From Raillietiella orientalis (Eukaryota): a stretch of 64,000 nucleotides of DNA. Numbering within the stretch: position 1 is the first letter of the stretch; every line of letters begins with the position of its first letter. Below, in pieces: positions 1-11,732 of the stretch. The notes under the pieces were generated by a model that had not been told where the DNA came from, ran no database searches, and saw only the letters and a program-made list of their open reading frames with translations. The stretch is from NCBI GenBank assembly GCA_036172245.1, contig JAYWIR010000036.1, positions 992,001 through 1,056,000 of the forward strand, in the 5' to 3' direction. Position numbers and translations under genes: made by a program.

Positions 1-689
1 CTCCCTCCGCACAGCTGGCTACCGCCTTTGCCCCCCTCCGGCGTGCCTCCTGAACTCGGCAGCTCCCTTCGTACAGGTCCGGCTAGCGGGGAGAGACAAC
101 GAAGACGCAGACACGCCCCTTCCCTTCCCGATTCCATCAGACTGGAAATTCTCTGGGGAATTTCGGAGAATCCGACGTGGCGCTTCCAGGAGGAGTCCCT
201 TCTTCCTGGTGATCCTCGAGCGGTAACTTCGCCACCCGGTCAGCCTGGGATGATGGACCTGTGAACGCGGCTCCCGGCTGGGAATGGGGAGTTCCAGGGA
301 AGAATCCCTTCAGGGTATCAGACAGACTGCTCTGAAAGTCCGGAACGGGCGTGAGAGGACAGCAAATAGAGGATGGGGTCAGGACGTCAGCTATCCCTTC
401 CTTCTGAGACCGGCGCCTACCCGATCTCTCCTTCCTTGCGAGGCCACCCCACGGCCGCCGTCATCGAGGCGACCGCCGTGTGCGTGGCGCATCCCTTCGC
501 TGCTGCGCCCTACCCTCCAGCAAATGGCGGGCGGCGACGACGGCGCGGAAGGCGCAACGCGTCGTCGCGGCACCCCTCGCGACGAATCGCCGCGGCAGGT
601 CACGGGCGGGATCCCCCGTACGGAGAAGCGCCGAAGACGGCAGCCTTCACCGCCGCTGACACAGTTCCGTCGCGGCCCGTCAGGAGATG

Positions 690-1250
690 CGCTCCCCACC
701 CCGCACCTGGAAAAGCAGTTCGGGGGAAGCCACTCTCCCGGAGACGAGGTGCCTGCGCTGGTCGCCCTGGCAACCCCAGAGCGGAAAGAAACGGCAAGAT
801 CTTTAGCTCGAGGGAGACGCCGAGACATTGGCGCGCAGGGGCAGGACGGCGAGCGTTTCAAGGGGAAGGGGGTAAGTTGGGGGCACTCGACAGTCCTCTG
901 CACCGGAGGGCCCTTCTCGTCCTTCTCAATCTTCACCCGGGAACGAGGCTCGGCGTCGCGTCCTCCAGCTCGCTCGCCTCTCGGCCGGCCACCCGGGAGT
1001 TTTGGTTCACTCCCGCAACGGAGCGGGCAGGGAGCTCCCTCCCCTTTGGTGAAGGGCAACTGCCCCGAGGGCAGACGGTGCTGCGGCAAGGGATGCGGCG
1101 GCCGTGCGGGCGTTCTCCGTCCAGCCCTGCGGCGCTTCTCCCGGAGAAAGGCTGTGGAGCGAGTCCTTTCGGGGTCGCTGAGGTGCAATTCGGAATGCAG
1201 GCAGGGGTGCCAGGTGTTCTTCCCGCGAGAAACCCCGCCCTGCCTTCCTG
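690..1250 (+). mobile_element. Degenerate L1/Tx1-like ORF1 (gag-like) relic
   Basis: ORF 373..1293 contains GQTVLRQGMRRPCGRS, resembling the Y.GM.R.C..C lead-in to the Tx1 ORF1 zinc knuckle. Frameshifted; boundaries approximate. Confidence 0.35.
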
Positions 1251-1309
1251 CTCCGGAGACCTCGGAAGCGCCCTGTCCCGGCTAGCGCCCTAAAGCGGGC
1301 GCTCTGGGG

Positions 1310-1600
1310 TCACCGACGATGTCTGCTTCTTCCAGCTTCCCGGACGAGGACCGCTCTTTCCCTTCCTGGCCGCTTTTCCCGGCCTAGAGCATCCTCTCTC
1401 CGAGGGGTCGTGGACATCTCACCGTGCGGGCACTGGAAGACCTCAGGCCGACCGATGGCCGAGAGCGCTGATTTTCCATGCACAGAGTCCTCGGAGGGCA
1501 AGGCATCCTGCGGGAGATCCCCTCGCACCCCCTCCCTCGCGCGCGATGAGGGAGGCGCAGGAAATCCGTAGCGGTCTCCACGCAACGGAGCTCTTCGTCC
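1310..1600 (-). mobile_element. Degenerate L1/Tx1 ORF2 C-terminal (zf-RVT) relic
   Basis: Minus-strand translation DALPSEDSVHG...FQCPHGE loosely matches the LP...C..C..H pattern. Weak. Confidence 0.25.
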
Positions 1601-1615
1601 CCTCTCCGCCTTCCG

Positions 1616-2088
1616 CGCCGGGAACGAGGAGTGCGTCGTCGTTGGTTTCGAGTCGCCCCCTCAGGATGGAGCTGGTTGACCTCGGTCGGCTTTGGGAGCG
1701 GAACTGGAAGGAGTTGACGTCGACTGGCCGGGACTGGGAGTGGAACCTCCGGGGTCCTGCCAGGATTCACGGAGCTCTTCGGGGTTCCTCTCCGGTGGTG
1801 CAAATGGAGCCGTTGCCATGGAGCTGGTTGATACCCCCCCTCCCTCTCGAAGGTTGCCTCTCCAGAGTGCAAGAAGCGCGCTGCTCCTTTAGGGAGTGCC
1901 CCTCAGAAAAACCTGGAAAGTTCCCTTCGAAGGAGGAAACCAGGATCGACCCGCACAAACAGGGGGATTCCTCCGGAGAGAAGAAGGAAGATGTGGTTCC
2001 CTCTTAAGCTTGGGAGGAACAAACTCCAAACCCCTTCCTGGATTCATAGGGCGGTCCCTACGGGGTCACCTTCTCACTTGAAGAGTGA
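1616..2088 (+). mobile_element. tRNA-derived SINE family copy, 5'-truncated, with 3' tail
   Basis: Shares body motifs with 4255-4620 and with the reverse complements of 11430-11732, 20761-21260 and 34280-34624: ggtttcgagtc..caggatgg, ccggggtcc..ccaggat, atggagctggt.gata, tgcctctccagagtg. The tail ggattcataggg..ggggtcacc..cttgaagagt matches 20761-20810 reversed. Confidence 0.75.
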
Positions 2089-2094
2089 ATCCTC

Positions 2095-2560
2095 ATCGGA
2101 TCCCCGGTCATCCTCGAAGCTGCGGCGCTTGGAGGCAGTTGGCAGCAGGCGCCTGGACATCGAGCGACGCCGATACATTTAGCAGTCCATCCGCGACCTA
2201 AAAGCGACCTCCCTGGAGGGAGAGGAAATGGACGAGAAGTGGACCCGAGCTGCCACCACCTTCCCTCTCCCCCCCATTTGTCCCAGTGCCGTCCTCCTTA
2301 CGGAGAGGAGCGGCCGCCGCCGACCGTCGGAATGGGCGATTCCCTCGCCGGGACGATACGAACGTTGCGGAGGGATCTTCCGGGGCTGAAGGAGACCACC
2401 TGCAAGTTCTGACGCGGTTCCCACGGCTTGCAGCCAGGGGGGACGCTGACCTCCCTCAGAGCACGCTGCCGCCGACGTCCTCCGTGGATCCCCGGTGGCA
2501 GTTGGATGCTACCGCAGACCACCTCCTTTCCGATCCCGAGACCCTTCTGACTCCTCCCTG
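2095..2560 (-). mobile_element. Degenerate L1/Tx1-like ORF1 relic
   Basis: Minus-strand segments IQLPPGIHG..RALREV..QNLQVVSF and ALGQMGGRGKVV resemble the Tx1 ORF1 N-terminal region. By eye only. Confidence 0.25.
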
Positions 2561-4254
2561 GGCCCGGGAGCGGCGGACTTCCCCCCCTTCCCACCGGAAG
2601 ATCCCTCCGTTGCGTTCGCAGACTGCCAAAGGAGAGCACACAGCGATGGTGTGTGCGCGGGAGCCGGCACCCCTTTGCTGGTAAGCCGGCTTCCGGTGTG
2701 CGCCTCCTCTCCTCTTCCCGGGGTCTCCCGAGGGACTGCTCCCGAAGGGGTGCGGGCCAAGTCGAGTAGGGAGACCCTCGCGTTGCCTTGTTTTTTTTTT
2801 TGAAGTCGCTGACTGACCGGTTCGACGAGGAGACGAGTCGTTGCTCGGCAACGGAGAGTGCAGCGGTTGGCGGTGACTCGTTGTAGGGGCTCTTGTCAGA
2901 CTGCGCGCACGACCAGCACCGCTTCTAGCGGGAGCGGCCGCTCACAGTGGTGCCGGTGCTGGGTTCTACCCGCGCGTGGAGAGAGGAGTCTCCATGGTGA
3001 TCGCCCACTCGGTCTTCTACTCGGGAGCTTCAATCCACTTGCAGAACGAGGACGTCCTGGTCAGGATGGAGCGAGAGCGACCTCTCTCTACTCGCGTGAG
3101 GGAATGAAGCTCCTTTCCTCCTTTCTCCTTCATCTCCCTTCCTCTCCTCTTCTTCCCCCTCCCCTCCTCCTTTCTGGGGAGAGGAGGAAGGGAATTGCTT
3201 TCGACCAAAGGAGTCACAAATTAGAAATAGCCGATGGGCAGTCCCGCGTGAGTTTGGTAAACAAATTTCGCGGCGATAGAGTCAAGAGGCGTGTCGCCGT
3301 GCTTTCGGGGAGGCGAGGCGTCAGCAAGCGTCGGAAGGGTAGCCATTTGATTGGTGATCCGGCAGGGGAAAGAGCCGGAGAGGCCGAAAAGAAGGAACTA
3401 AGGGATGAGTTTAATGGCGACGGGATTAAGAGAGTTCTCGAATTTTCCGGACAGCCTTTTTTTTTTTTCTTCCTTCCTTCCTCTTCGGCCTGCGTGGGCC
3501 GAAGAGACCGGGAGGAGAGCGAAGTTCCGTTCCTGGTGGAAGATCGATGGGGGGAACGGAAGGAACATCCGGGAGCTTCCGAGGCTGCGAGGGAAGCTGC
3601 AGGGGAGGCGCGCCGGAGCCGGAGTCCCGAGCGCTCGAGAGCGCTTCCTCCAGGAGCGCCCTGCCTGCCCTCTCTCCTACCCTCCACCCCTGGGAGGCAA
3701 CGCGGTCGAGCCGCTGCCCGCACGGGCCTGCGGAAGAGGACGGAACGTTCCACGCCCTAGCCTCCGCCCTCGGTTCTTCGGCCTTCCTCTTCGTCCGTCG
3801 GCGGACCCACCGAACGGAACCCAAGGAGCTCGCGCCAAAAAAGAAAGCTGCCAGGGCCTGCAGCCCCGCGGAAAGCCCTAGGGGTGTCACGTTGTCTGCC
3901 ATGGAACGGTCGCTACGCTCCCGTTACCGCTCCCCTGTTAAGGGTTGCGACGAGCTGGCCTCACCTGACGAGACAGAAGAAGGAGCATCTTCCGGAGGAG
4001 GATGCAGACAGACGCCGAGGCTCCCCCAACCCTCCGCACAGACGTAGACTCGTTTTGTTTTCTTAATGCATTTGCTCCCCCCCCTCCTTTCCCTTCCCGG
4101 AGTGGAGCTCTCCGGGTAGCCTGCCGAGCAGCAGCAACTCCTCCTCCAGTACTCTCACGAGTGTAGGGGACGAATGAGCTTCCGTGGGGACACCTGGCTG
4201 TTTGTGGGCAGCAATGTCTTTTTTTTTTTTTGCTGCTGAACAAACACTCGAGTG

Positions 4255-4620
4255 CAGCCGGGTTCGGAGGGACAGCCTCAGATATCTTCGGTCCGGTCGA
4301 CGGCCGCGTGTCGCGGGTTCGAATCCTGCCCGGGGAACAACCGACTCCAAGAACGGGGGGTGGAATGAAGGTTTTGAGCCCCCCTGCAAAATGGCACTGG
4401 TTGGCCTTTGTTGGCTGCGGTTGCAGACGGGATCAACTTCCGGGGTCCCTCCAGGATACCAAGGAGCGCCGGTTCCCTTCGCAGGGTTTCCCTCCTGCTG
4501 TGAAGATGGAGCTAGTGGATATCCCCCTCAGGGGCTGCCTCTCCAGAGTGTTAAGAAAAGCTCCACTCCATTCGGGTAGCGCCCTTCCGGGAAATTTCTC
4601 TTCAAGCGGAAATACAGAGC
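4255..4620 (+). mobile_element. tRNA-derived SINE family copy
   Basis: Perfect B-box GGTTCGAATCC at 4316-4326, followed by ggggaacaaccgac..agaacggggg and a body that aligns closely with the reverse complement of 11430-11660. Confidence 0.8.
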
Positions 4621-6369
4621 GGCGGCGTCCGCTGGGTCGCTCGCCTTCCGGCCTCCCAGGAGCCGGATCAGCGCCCTTGGCCATCGCCTTGCTGGCGAGC
4701 GACCGTCGCTGCTCGCCCTCGGGGCAGACGGCGCTGCGGCGGCGAGAGACGAGACGGCTGCCCGGTGCGGTCGGGACGCCAGACCCGCCGATTGGGGCGT
4801 TCTCCAGACGAGCCAAAGATCCCACGGAACTCCTGGCGCGCGAGGGCGTCCGAGGTCAGCAGCGGGAAGAGGCGGCTGAGCAGCAGCACCGGGAACGTCC
4901 TTAGGAATGGACTCGGACAAGAGAGATCTATCCGATTCTAAGGCTGGAGAGATGGTGCAGTACCTGCATCTTCGAACTCTAGAGCTCTGGTGCTTGGTAA
5001 CCAGGAAAAGGAAAAAAGAAGAAAAGCTGGGAGGGAAGAGCCGAAAGTGAAAGGATTCCCAGAAGGATTCCCGTTGTGCTTGCATTGGAAAAAAACGATC
5101 GGGAAAGCAGGGATCGCGGACGGATCCTGAACTTTTCGGTCGTGGAACACCGGCGGTGAATGAGCGCCGCACCCTCCGGCGCGATCGGAGCGGGAGACGC
5201 CGGGAACGGATCTTCCCTCCCCTCCCCCACCGCACCTGTGATGGAGCAGGTCTTCCCAGAGCTCAGAGAAGCCGTTCGAAAGCGATACGCCTCCGAGCCA
5301 CGCCGGCGACCTTTGCCGGGTCGCAACATGCACCGCAGGCTTGTCTGACCACGCTGGCGTATCCCCTTGCGAGGAAGCTAACATTCCTCCGAGCCAAAGG
5401 AACCGACTGCCTCTTTTCGCCCTGCGTCGGCGCCACTTTCCGTCCGCTGAATGGGGCGGGGGCGGCTGGAAGACGGCTCAGGGCGGGCGGACAGGTGCCA
5501 CTTCGCGGAGAGGTCAACTTGGGGTAGCAAGTGGCTGGTCAGAGATGACCAAGCCGAAGACCCTAACGAACAGCCCAGCCTGATTTCCGGGAAAACGGAT
5601 GGGGGCGTTCCTTCTTCCCGGTCTGGTGCGCGGAGAACGGCTTGCCAGAGGCCCTGAGGCGGACTGGACCCACACTGGCTCAACACCCTTCCCTCTCCCG
5701 GGAAGGTCCGCCGCTCATGGGCTTCTGCATGACGAGACGGGGTTAGCAGGAGAGGGAGGCTCCCGCCCATCGAGGAAGCGGGAACGCCATCTCGCAATGA
5801 CGGTCAAAACTGGGTCGGTTGTCCTGGGGTCACGGCCAGCCGGAACGGACGAGGAGCCGCAGCCACACCTCCTTCCCCCGACCGGCCGGCTGCTCCCTCC
5901 CCATTTTCCATCCCCTGCCGCGGAAGGTGGAGGCTAACCCGCGTGGCTGGCGGGCAGCCGCCAGTGCGAGCACCGCCGTGTAAGGGCTCACGGACGGAGG
6001 CAGGCGGAAGGCGAGATGGCAGGAGAGACGGCGCAGGCTGCGGATGGATCAGTGCGAGCACGCCCGGACAGATTAGCGCCTTTACGAGGAAACTTATCCA
6101 AGAAATGCAATCAGGATAAGAGGGAGAGGGACGCTGTGGTGCAGGATTAGATAAATAACGAGGTCGAATTTTTCAGGCGCTGGACCGGGAAGGGGGAAAC
6201 AGGGAGAGGGACGGCTCCCTTTTCGTGCTCCGGAGTTACAAGGAATCGGTCTTCGGTCCCCATCTGAGCCGACGTCGACGGCGGCAGGCCGCGGTAAACA
6301 AGGCGCGCCTTCGTCTGCGAAGCCGCCGCAGTCCAGACGGGGAGCCCGTCCTTCCCGGCTCGCGCGGAC

Positions 6370-6764
6370 AGTGGAATCGATGACCACGCCGTGGGAGCCC
6401 CGTCGCGCGCTCAAGGAGGTGGGGGTCTACTCGACTTCGCGTCCGCCTGGGCCTGTCTCGGAGGGGGAAGCGGGCGTCCGGCAGCGGCTCGCCGGGCGAA
6501 GTCGGGTGGCACCTCAGACGGCTAGCGGAGGCTCCGGGCGAAGGACAGCACAGGTCGGAAAGGAGCTGACGTCACCGCGGAGAGAGGCGCGGCGTTCGCT
6601 CTCCGGCGGTGCCGGGATACCGGCAGAGTTTCTCGGGGAGGCGGGCGCTCCCGGATCACGCTCCTGGGCGACAGTGCTACGTTTGGCAAGCGCGGTGGGA
6701 GCTGCCAGGTGCAACTCCCCCTCCTGCTGCAACGATGGAGGGCGCATGAGGATTGAGCGCAAGA
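6370..6764 (+). mobile_element. L1/Tx1 ORF2 endonuclease-RT linker relic
   Basis: ELTSPRREARRSLSGGAGIPAEF resembles the conserved E...A......SPG.DGIPAEF motif that precedes the RT. Confidence 0.4.
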
Positions 6765-7880
6765 CCTCAGAGTTATGAGGCCTGGCGAACACCCGTGGCG
6801 TTCTCAGCGTGGCCATACGGCGATGGGGTCGCGCCCTCAAACGGCTGGGCGCGGCAGCGCGCGCGGACGTCCAACCAGAACGCATCCTGAGACCCCCCTC
6901 CCCCTGCTGATGCTAGAGGCACGTGCGGCGACGAAGGACGTGCGCCCGCATCAGGGACCGCGCGCCACAGAGGTGCGGGTCGCCGCCGGCAGCCTCGGCT
7001 CCGGAACCACGAGAGGGAGCAGCTGCTTTGGGAGGCTGCTCGCGCCGAGGCCACCTCCGTGCCAGGGGCAAAGGAAGGCCGGCAAAGAGACGCCGCGGAC
7101 GGGCTCGCGGAAGGCACAGGCATCGTGGCGGAGGCTGGTGGACACCGTCGGTGGAGAGAGAGGGTGATCGAAAGCGCCACCAAGGGGTGGGCGACCCTGG
7201 ACGCCCACCTGGAGAACCTGCAGGAAGAACGTGGAAGCCGCCACGAGTCCGAGGCAGACGCGCACCGGCCGTGGCAACGAAGCTTCTGCGAAGAAGTTCC
7301 GGCCGCCCAAAGCGCACGCTTCCGGCAGACGGCACTGCTGCGTCTGGCGAGCGCGGAGGCAACTGCCAGCGGCGGCGTCTGCTGTTGCTGCTGGTGCTGC
7401 GGATGCTGTCCGGCTTCCCGTTCCGGCTGGTGACCGAGGAGGGGTAGGAAACGCCCCGTCCCGCGTACGCTGCGGAGCTCCAGCGCGCTTGGCCTGCGCC
7501 GAAGACGCGCGCTTTTTCCCTCTCCTGCTGCTCCTCCTCTTCTTGGAAGAGGTGGAGGAAGAGAGGAAAGGAGAAGGAGTCGGGGGAAGGAGGAGGAGGA
7601 AGAAGAAGGGAGGGAGAGAAGGAGGAGAGAGGAAGTGGACGAGGAAGGGAAGAGGAAGGGAGGAGGAGGGTGTCTCCTCGGGACTTGGCCACTTTTCGCA
7701 TCCCGCGATCTCCAGGAGCCTCACCGCCCGGGCCGGTGCCCCCGAGCAAGAAGAGGGGAGGTGCCAGCCGTGCTTGGTCGCACTGTGCTGCCCATCTTGC
7801 GAGGAGGCGCGTCGAGGGCGCCGGCTTGGCCCTCCTTCCTAAGCACCCGGGTCTGACGGAATTTTCGAGTCGACTCCCGG
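6765..7880 (+). repeat. 1116-bp direct duplication, copy A; contains a decayed LINE C-terminal fragment and a polypurine tract at ~7545-7670
   Basis: Matches 28749-29864 at offset 21984. ORF translations in several frames are identical between copies, and only two mismatches are seen near the right end. Part of it is homologous to the reverse complement of ~10560-11000 (KARVFG..SSAAY.GRGVS; LRLASAE). Confidence 0.97.
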
Positions 7881-8716
7881 ACTCACCACTTCCTGCCCCG
7901 GCGAACCGGGAACGCTTTGCGCTCCGACCCATGACCGACGAGTGAGCGGGCTGGAGAACCTTCCTGGAGAGTTGGCTTTCCCGCTCAGTTGGTTCGGACT
8001 TCTGGTACGGATGTGGCTCCCGTGGCGCACGAGGGCGGCCGGAATCGCATCCTTGTTGGAATCGGAGGCGGCGCCGAAGTCCATGGAGGGGGAGGGGATT
8101 CAGGGCCACTAGAACTTGGAGTGACTGACCTCGGGAACCCTCGCTCTCTTTTTCCTGGAAGACTCTCGAGTCCGTGGTGTGACGACCTTTCGTCCGTGCG
8201 GCTCCCAGGGTTGCCGGTGGCCGCGGATCTGCAGCAAACTTTCCTAGGGGAAGCTTCCCGATCCTTTTTATTCGGGCGTCGGTCTGGGTGGGGAGTGGAT
8301 TGGGCCGAGGGCGTCTCACCTTTCCGGGAAGGGGTCCCCGAGCGCTGGGAGTGCGGAGTGAGCGGGCAGGAACTCGCCCCTCCGCCGGCGCCCTTGCTGC
8401 GAGTGCGACTTCACTGAGAAGGCGGGAGCGATAGTGGGGCCCTGCTCTGTGCCGCAGGGCGCACGAGAGCAAATTCCGGGAGGACTACTGGGTCGCCAGC
8501 ACTTCCGACGGTGACCCCGTCGCGCTGCCACCGCGAAGGTTGAGGGAAATAAAGAGGAGGAGGGGGAGGAGAAAGGGAAGGGAGCTGCTTCCCGGACGTC
8601 CGCATGTGCATCGTCGGGCGCGAACGGAACTTCCAGATCCTCCTTTTCCTTCCTCCCCTGGATTTCCAGGAGGGAGTCTCCTCCATTCTCCTCCGAAAGG
8701 GAATGACCTGGAAAGA

Positions 8717-9800
8717 TTAGATTGACGAAGGGCCCTCAAGCGGACGCCTGCCGTGGAAGGCGGAGGCGAAGTCGGCCTGATTGGCTGCCAGCAAAGGGGG
8801 GAAGGGGCTCCCTATTCTCCTGGAAGGGGATCCGGGAGCGCCCCAGTTCGGGAGCCCCCTGCGGATGCTTCCCGGCTGCGCCCGTGCCTTTCGGCCCAGC
8901 CCCAGGGCTGTTCGTGTCCGCGGGGCGCCGTCGTAGATCTGGCTGGAGCAGTTGGCGAGCACTGGCGCTCCCTCATAGCGTGCAAGTCCGTTCCAGAGCG
9001 GCTGCTGGAAGGTGGTCATGAGCTCCTGGAAGTCCGATGTGGGGAGGCCTCTTTTGACCTTTAGTCCGAAGCAGGGAAGCCAGTGGCCTCCTGCGAGTGC
9101 CCTGGGGCGATGAACGGACCATGTCCTACTCGATGGGATCCGCTGTCCATCGAGACGGTCCTAGTGGGGCACTTTTGCAAGCCGCCAAGTCAGGAGCCTC
9201 CGGAAAAAGTCACGTAGGGAGGCTGGGTGGGCGGAGCGGACTCGTGGACGACCAGCGTGCCGATGTTCAGCTCGAAGCCCTTGGTCTGCCACAAGGCATG
9301 CAACGCCTCGGCGACCTTTGACCTTGACCTTTTCCGAGATAGCGGCATCGGAACGTGGCTTCGCTCACGTGTTGGCGCCACCGAGGAGGGCGGCATAGAG
9401 CGCGCTTCCCATAGCAGCGGCAGCCACCGGGAGCCTAGGCAACGCATGTCAGCAACCATGCGTGAACTTTTGACCTCCGGAAGGTCAACCGGGAGCAGCG
9501 CTCTTGCGGGGTCAGCCGACTCGCATCGGTGGCATTTGCCGAACCCACTGCGCGCGAGTTGAGTGGCCTGCGTGGGTGCGGACGCCGGGTTCCGCACTGC
9601 CGAGCCATCCGACGTCCCTGCGTGGTGCGAAGCAGCGGCTCTTGGCGAACCGGAAAGATCAGGTCGCACTGCTCGCGTTCGGCGGCTTGCAGAACCCGGA
9701 AACAGAAGGAGCTCTTCGACGGTGATGGTCACCTCCGAGAGCTTGCGACGGTGTGGGGATATCTTGAAGCCGGGGACGACCTACGCCAGCGCTCCTGAGT
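8717..9800 (-). mobile_element. L1/Tx1 reverse transcriptase relic (domains 4-7 and downstream)
   Basis: Ordered minus-strand remnants: frameshifted YADDV-like cacgcagggacgtc (~9608-9621), FGK..ARALLP, MRCLG, KVAEALHALWQTKGFELNIGTLVV..PPYV, FQQPLWN. Confidence 0.6.
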
Positions 9801-10094
9801 GGCCTTCCCGTCTCCAGTTGCCGGGCCTAAAATAAAAAAAATGAAAAAAAAAAAAAAATTCTTCTTTTCACAGTCGTTTACCGACGCGTGCCGTGTTTCT
9901 GCACCGGTGGTGGCTGCCTTTAGTGGGGCAGAAATATGAAGCAGAGGAAGGAGGGACGACAGACAAGCGAATAAATAGGAAGTGGGATGGACAGGTTGCG
10001 CGGTACTCGGCGTGATTCCCGAGGGTCGGCGTCAATTCGTGAGGGTGGGAGGGGGGGGAAGGAATGAGGATTCAGGGAACATCCAAGTGTCCAA

Positions 10095-10287
10095 ACACAA
10101 AAGAGTTGGCGCTTCCAGCGTAGGCGGATCTGACGCCCTTCGCGCGCGGTGGCACCGAGCGTTGAAGGTTCGAATTCCGCACGGGGAAGAACCGACTCTG
10201 AGAACGTGGGGTGCGTCGAGGGTTTCAAGTCCCCTCCGCAGGATGGCTCTGATTGGCCTATTCGGACGCGGAGGCACCGGTTGACAC
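10095..10287 (+). mobile_element. tRNA-derived SINE, 5' half, abutting a LINE 3' end
   Basis: B-box-like GGTTCGAATTC at 10167-10177, then ggggaagaaccgac..agaacg. A ~30-nt leader (aaagagttgg.gcttcc.gcgtaggc) is shared with the 11430-11732 copy. Confidence 0.8.
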
Positions 10288-11330
10288 CCGGTCACGCCAG
10301 TACGTTTATTTAGCAACTAAACATCCACGTCTGTGGCAGGACATTTGATCCTGCCACGTTACTTATAACTGCGAGAAGGAACCTGCCGGGAACTGGCACC
10401 CAGACCAGCGGGTTTTCCTCGGCACCAGAAGGGGGGAGGGGGACAAACAAAAAGAGAAACATAAAACAAAAAAAAATAGGGATGGGAAAAAAATATGGGT
10501 TTCGGGAAGGGATCACTGTGTGCTGGATGGTGTTCTCTGCATCCTTGTATGGATGCCGGAAAGCGCGTGTCTTTGGCATGGGCCGCCCGCGGCGGAGTTC
10601 CGCAGCTTACATAGGACGGGGAGTTTCTTGCCTCTCGCCGTCACCAGCCGTCTCGGGCAACTGGGCAAAATCCGCAGCGCGCGCAGCAGTCCCAGCCATT
10701 CGAGGGCGCGACCCCCACCGCCGCGTGGTGACTCTGAGAGCTCCAGGAGAGGTCGCAAGGCTTCCAGCCTCGGAGGTTCCAGCCTTGCGCGCAATGAGCC
10801 CCCCGTAGCTGCAGCAAGAGCACCTGGTATCTTTCTCCGCACTCGCCAGACGCAGCACGGAAAGAACGGGCGTCTATGGGAAGGCCCCAAATCCTTGAGT
10901 TCGCTTCCTTCCTGCTTGCGTTTCACGAAGATGTCAGGGAACGCAGCAGACGCCCAGAGTAGTGTCGACCCACCTCGGCTGCCTGGATGTTCTCTCCGCA
11001 AGAGTTTGCACCGAGCGGCAAGAGCAGATGTCTCCGTACGGAATGGCGAATCCCTTGGAGAGAGATCGAGCGCGGCTGGTGAGGCAACCAGGATTGCTAC
11101 TGGAGTCCCAACGGATCTCCCCATGCGTGTGCATCGACCCTGGGACCCGGAGATTCCGTTCCAGGTTCCAAGGATCCACAGCACTGAGGGGATGACCCAA
11201 GAGCTGGGGAACCGAGATCTTCCTGGGGATTTCCAGGATGCATGCGACGATTCCATTTCTCGATCCCGAACAAGGCAAAGGATTGGCCGTCGAACCAGCA
11301 GGGATTGAGAATCTGCATCTGAGAAAACTC
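10288..11330 (-). mobile_element. L1/Tx1-like 3' fragment: ORF2 C-terminus and 3' UTR
   Basis: The ORF ends LSGIHTRMQRTPSSTQ*, like the copies at 32646 and 35972. It is followed by a T-rich/C-rich UTR, a hairpin, AATAAA and terminal ctggcgtgaccgg (10300-10288). Confidence 0.7.
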
Positions 11331-11429
11331 CAGCTGGTCAGTCCGAGCTGTCAGCAGCAATCCGGTGCTGCCTCGAGGGATTCGAAAGGTCACTAAATAT
11401 GTAGCAGACGAAGCACTGGTAACGGCAGT

Positions 11430-11732
11430 CCCGAGGAGAGTATCCACCAGCTCCATCTTCACAACAGGAAGGGATCCTGAGATGGGAACCGGCGCTCCTT
11501 GATGCCCTGGAAGGACCTCGGAAGGTGAATTTCCAATCTCGGCTGCACTTGCAGCCAACAGAGACCAACCGGTGCCATCCTGCAGGAGGACTCGAAACCC
11601 TCGGTTCACCCCCGTTCTCGGCGTCGGTTGTTCCCCAGGCGAGATTCGGACCCGCGACGTATGGTGCCGCGCGCGCGGAGGCCGTCGCAGCCGAGCGGCT
11701 GCCTACGCGGGAAGCTCCAACTCTTTGGTGTT
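11430..11732 (-). mobile_element. tRNA-derived SINE family copy
   Basis: The reverse complement reads gtcgcgggtccgaatctcgcctggggaacaaccgacgccgagaacggggg...tgtgaagatggagctggtggata, collinear with 4310-4521. Confidence 0.8.

Noticed and set aside
6913..8472. 519-aa minus-strand ORF and other long ORFs in the GC-rich half (284..1285, 15555..16535, 17091..18110, 18259..19254)
   Set aside because: Their translations are low-complexity and R/P/G/S-rich, they overlap in several frames, and they cross repeat boundaries. This is expected from stop-codon scarcity in GC-rich DNA.
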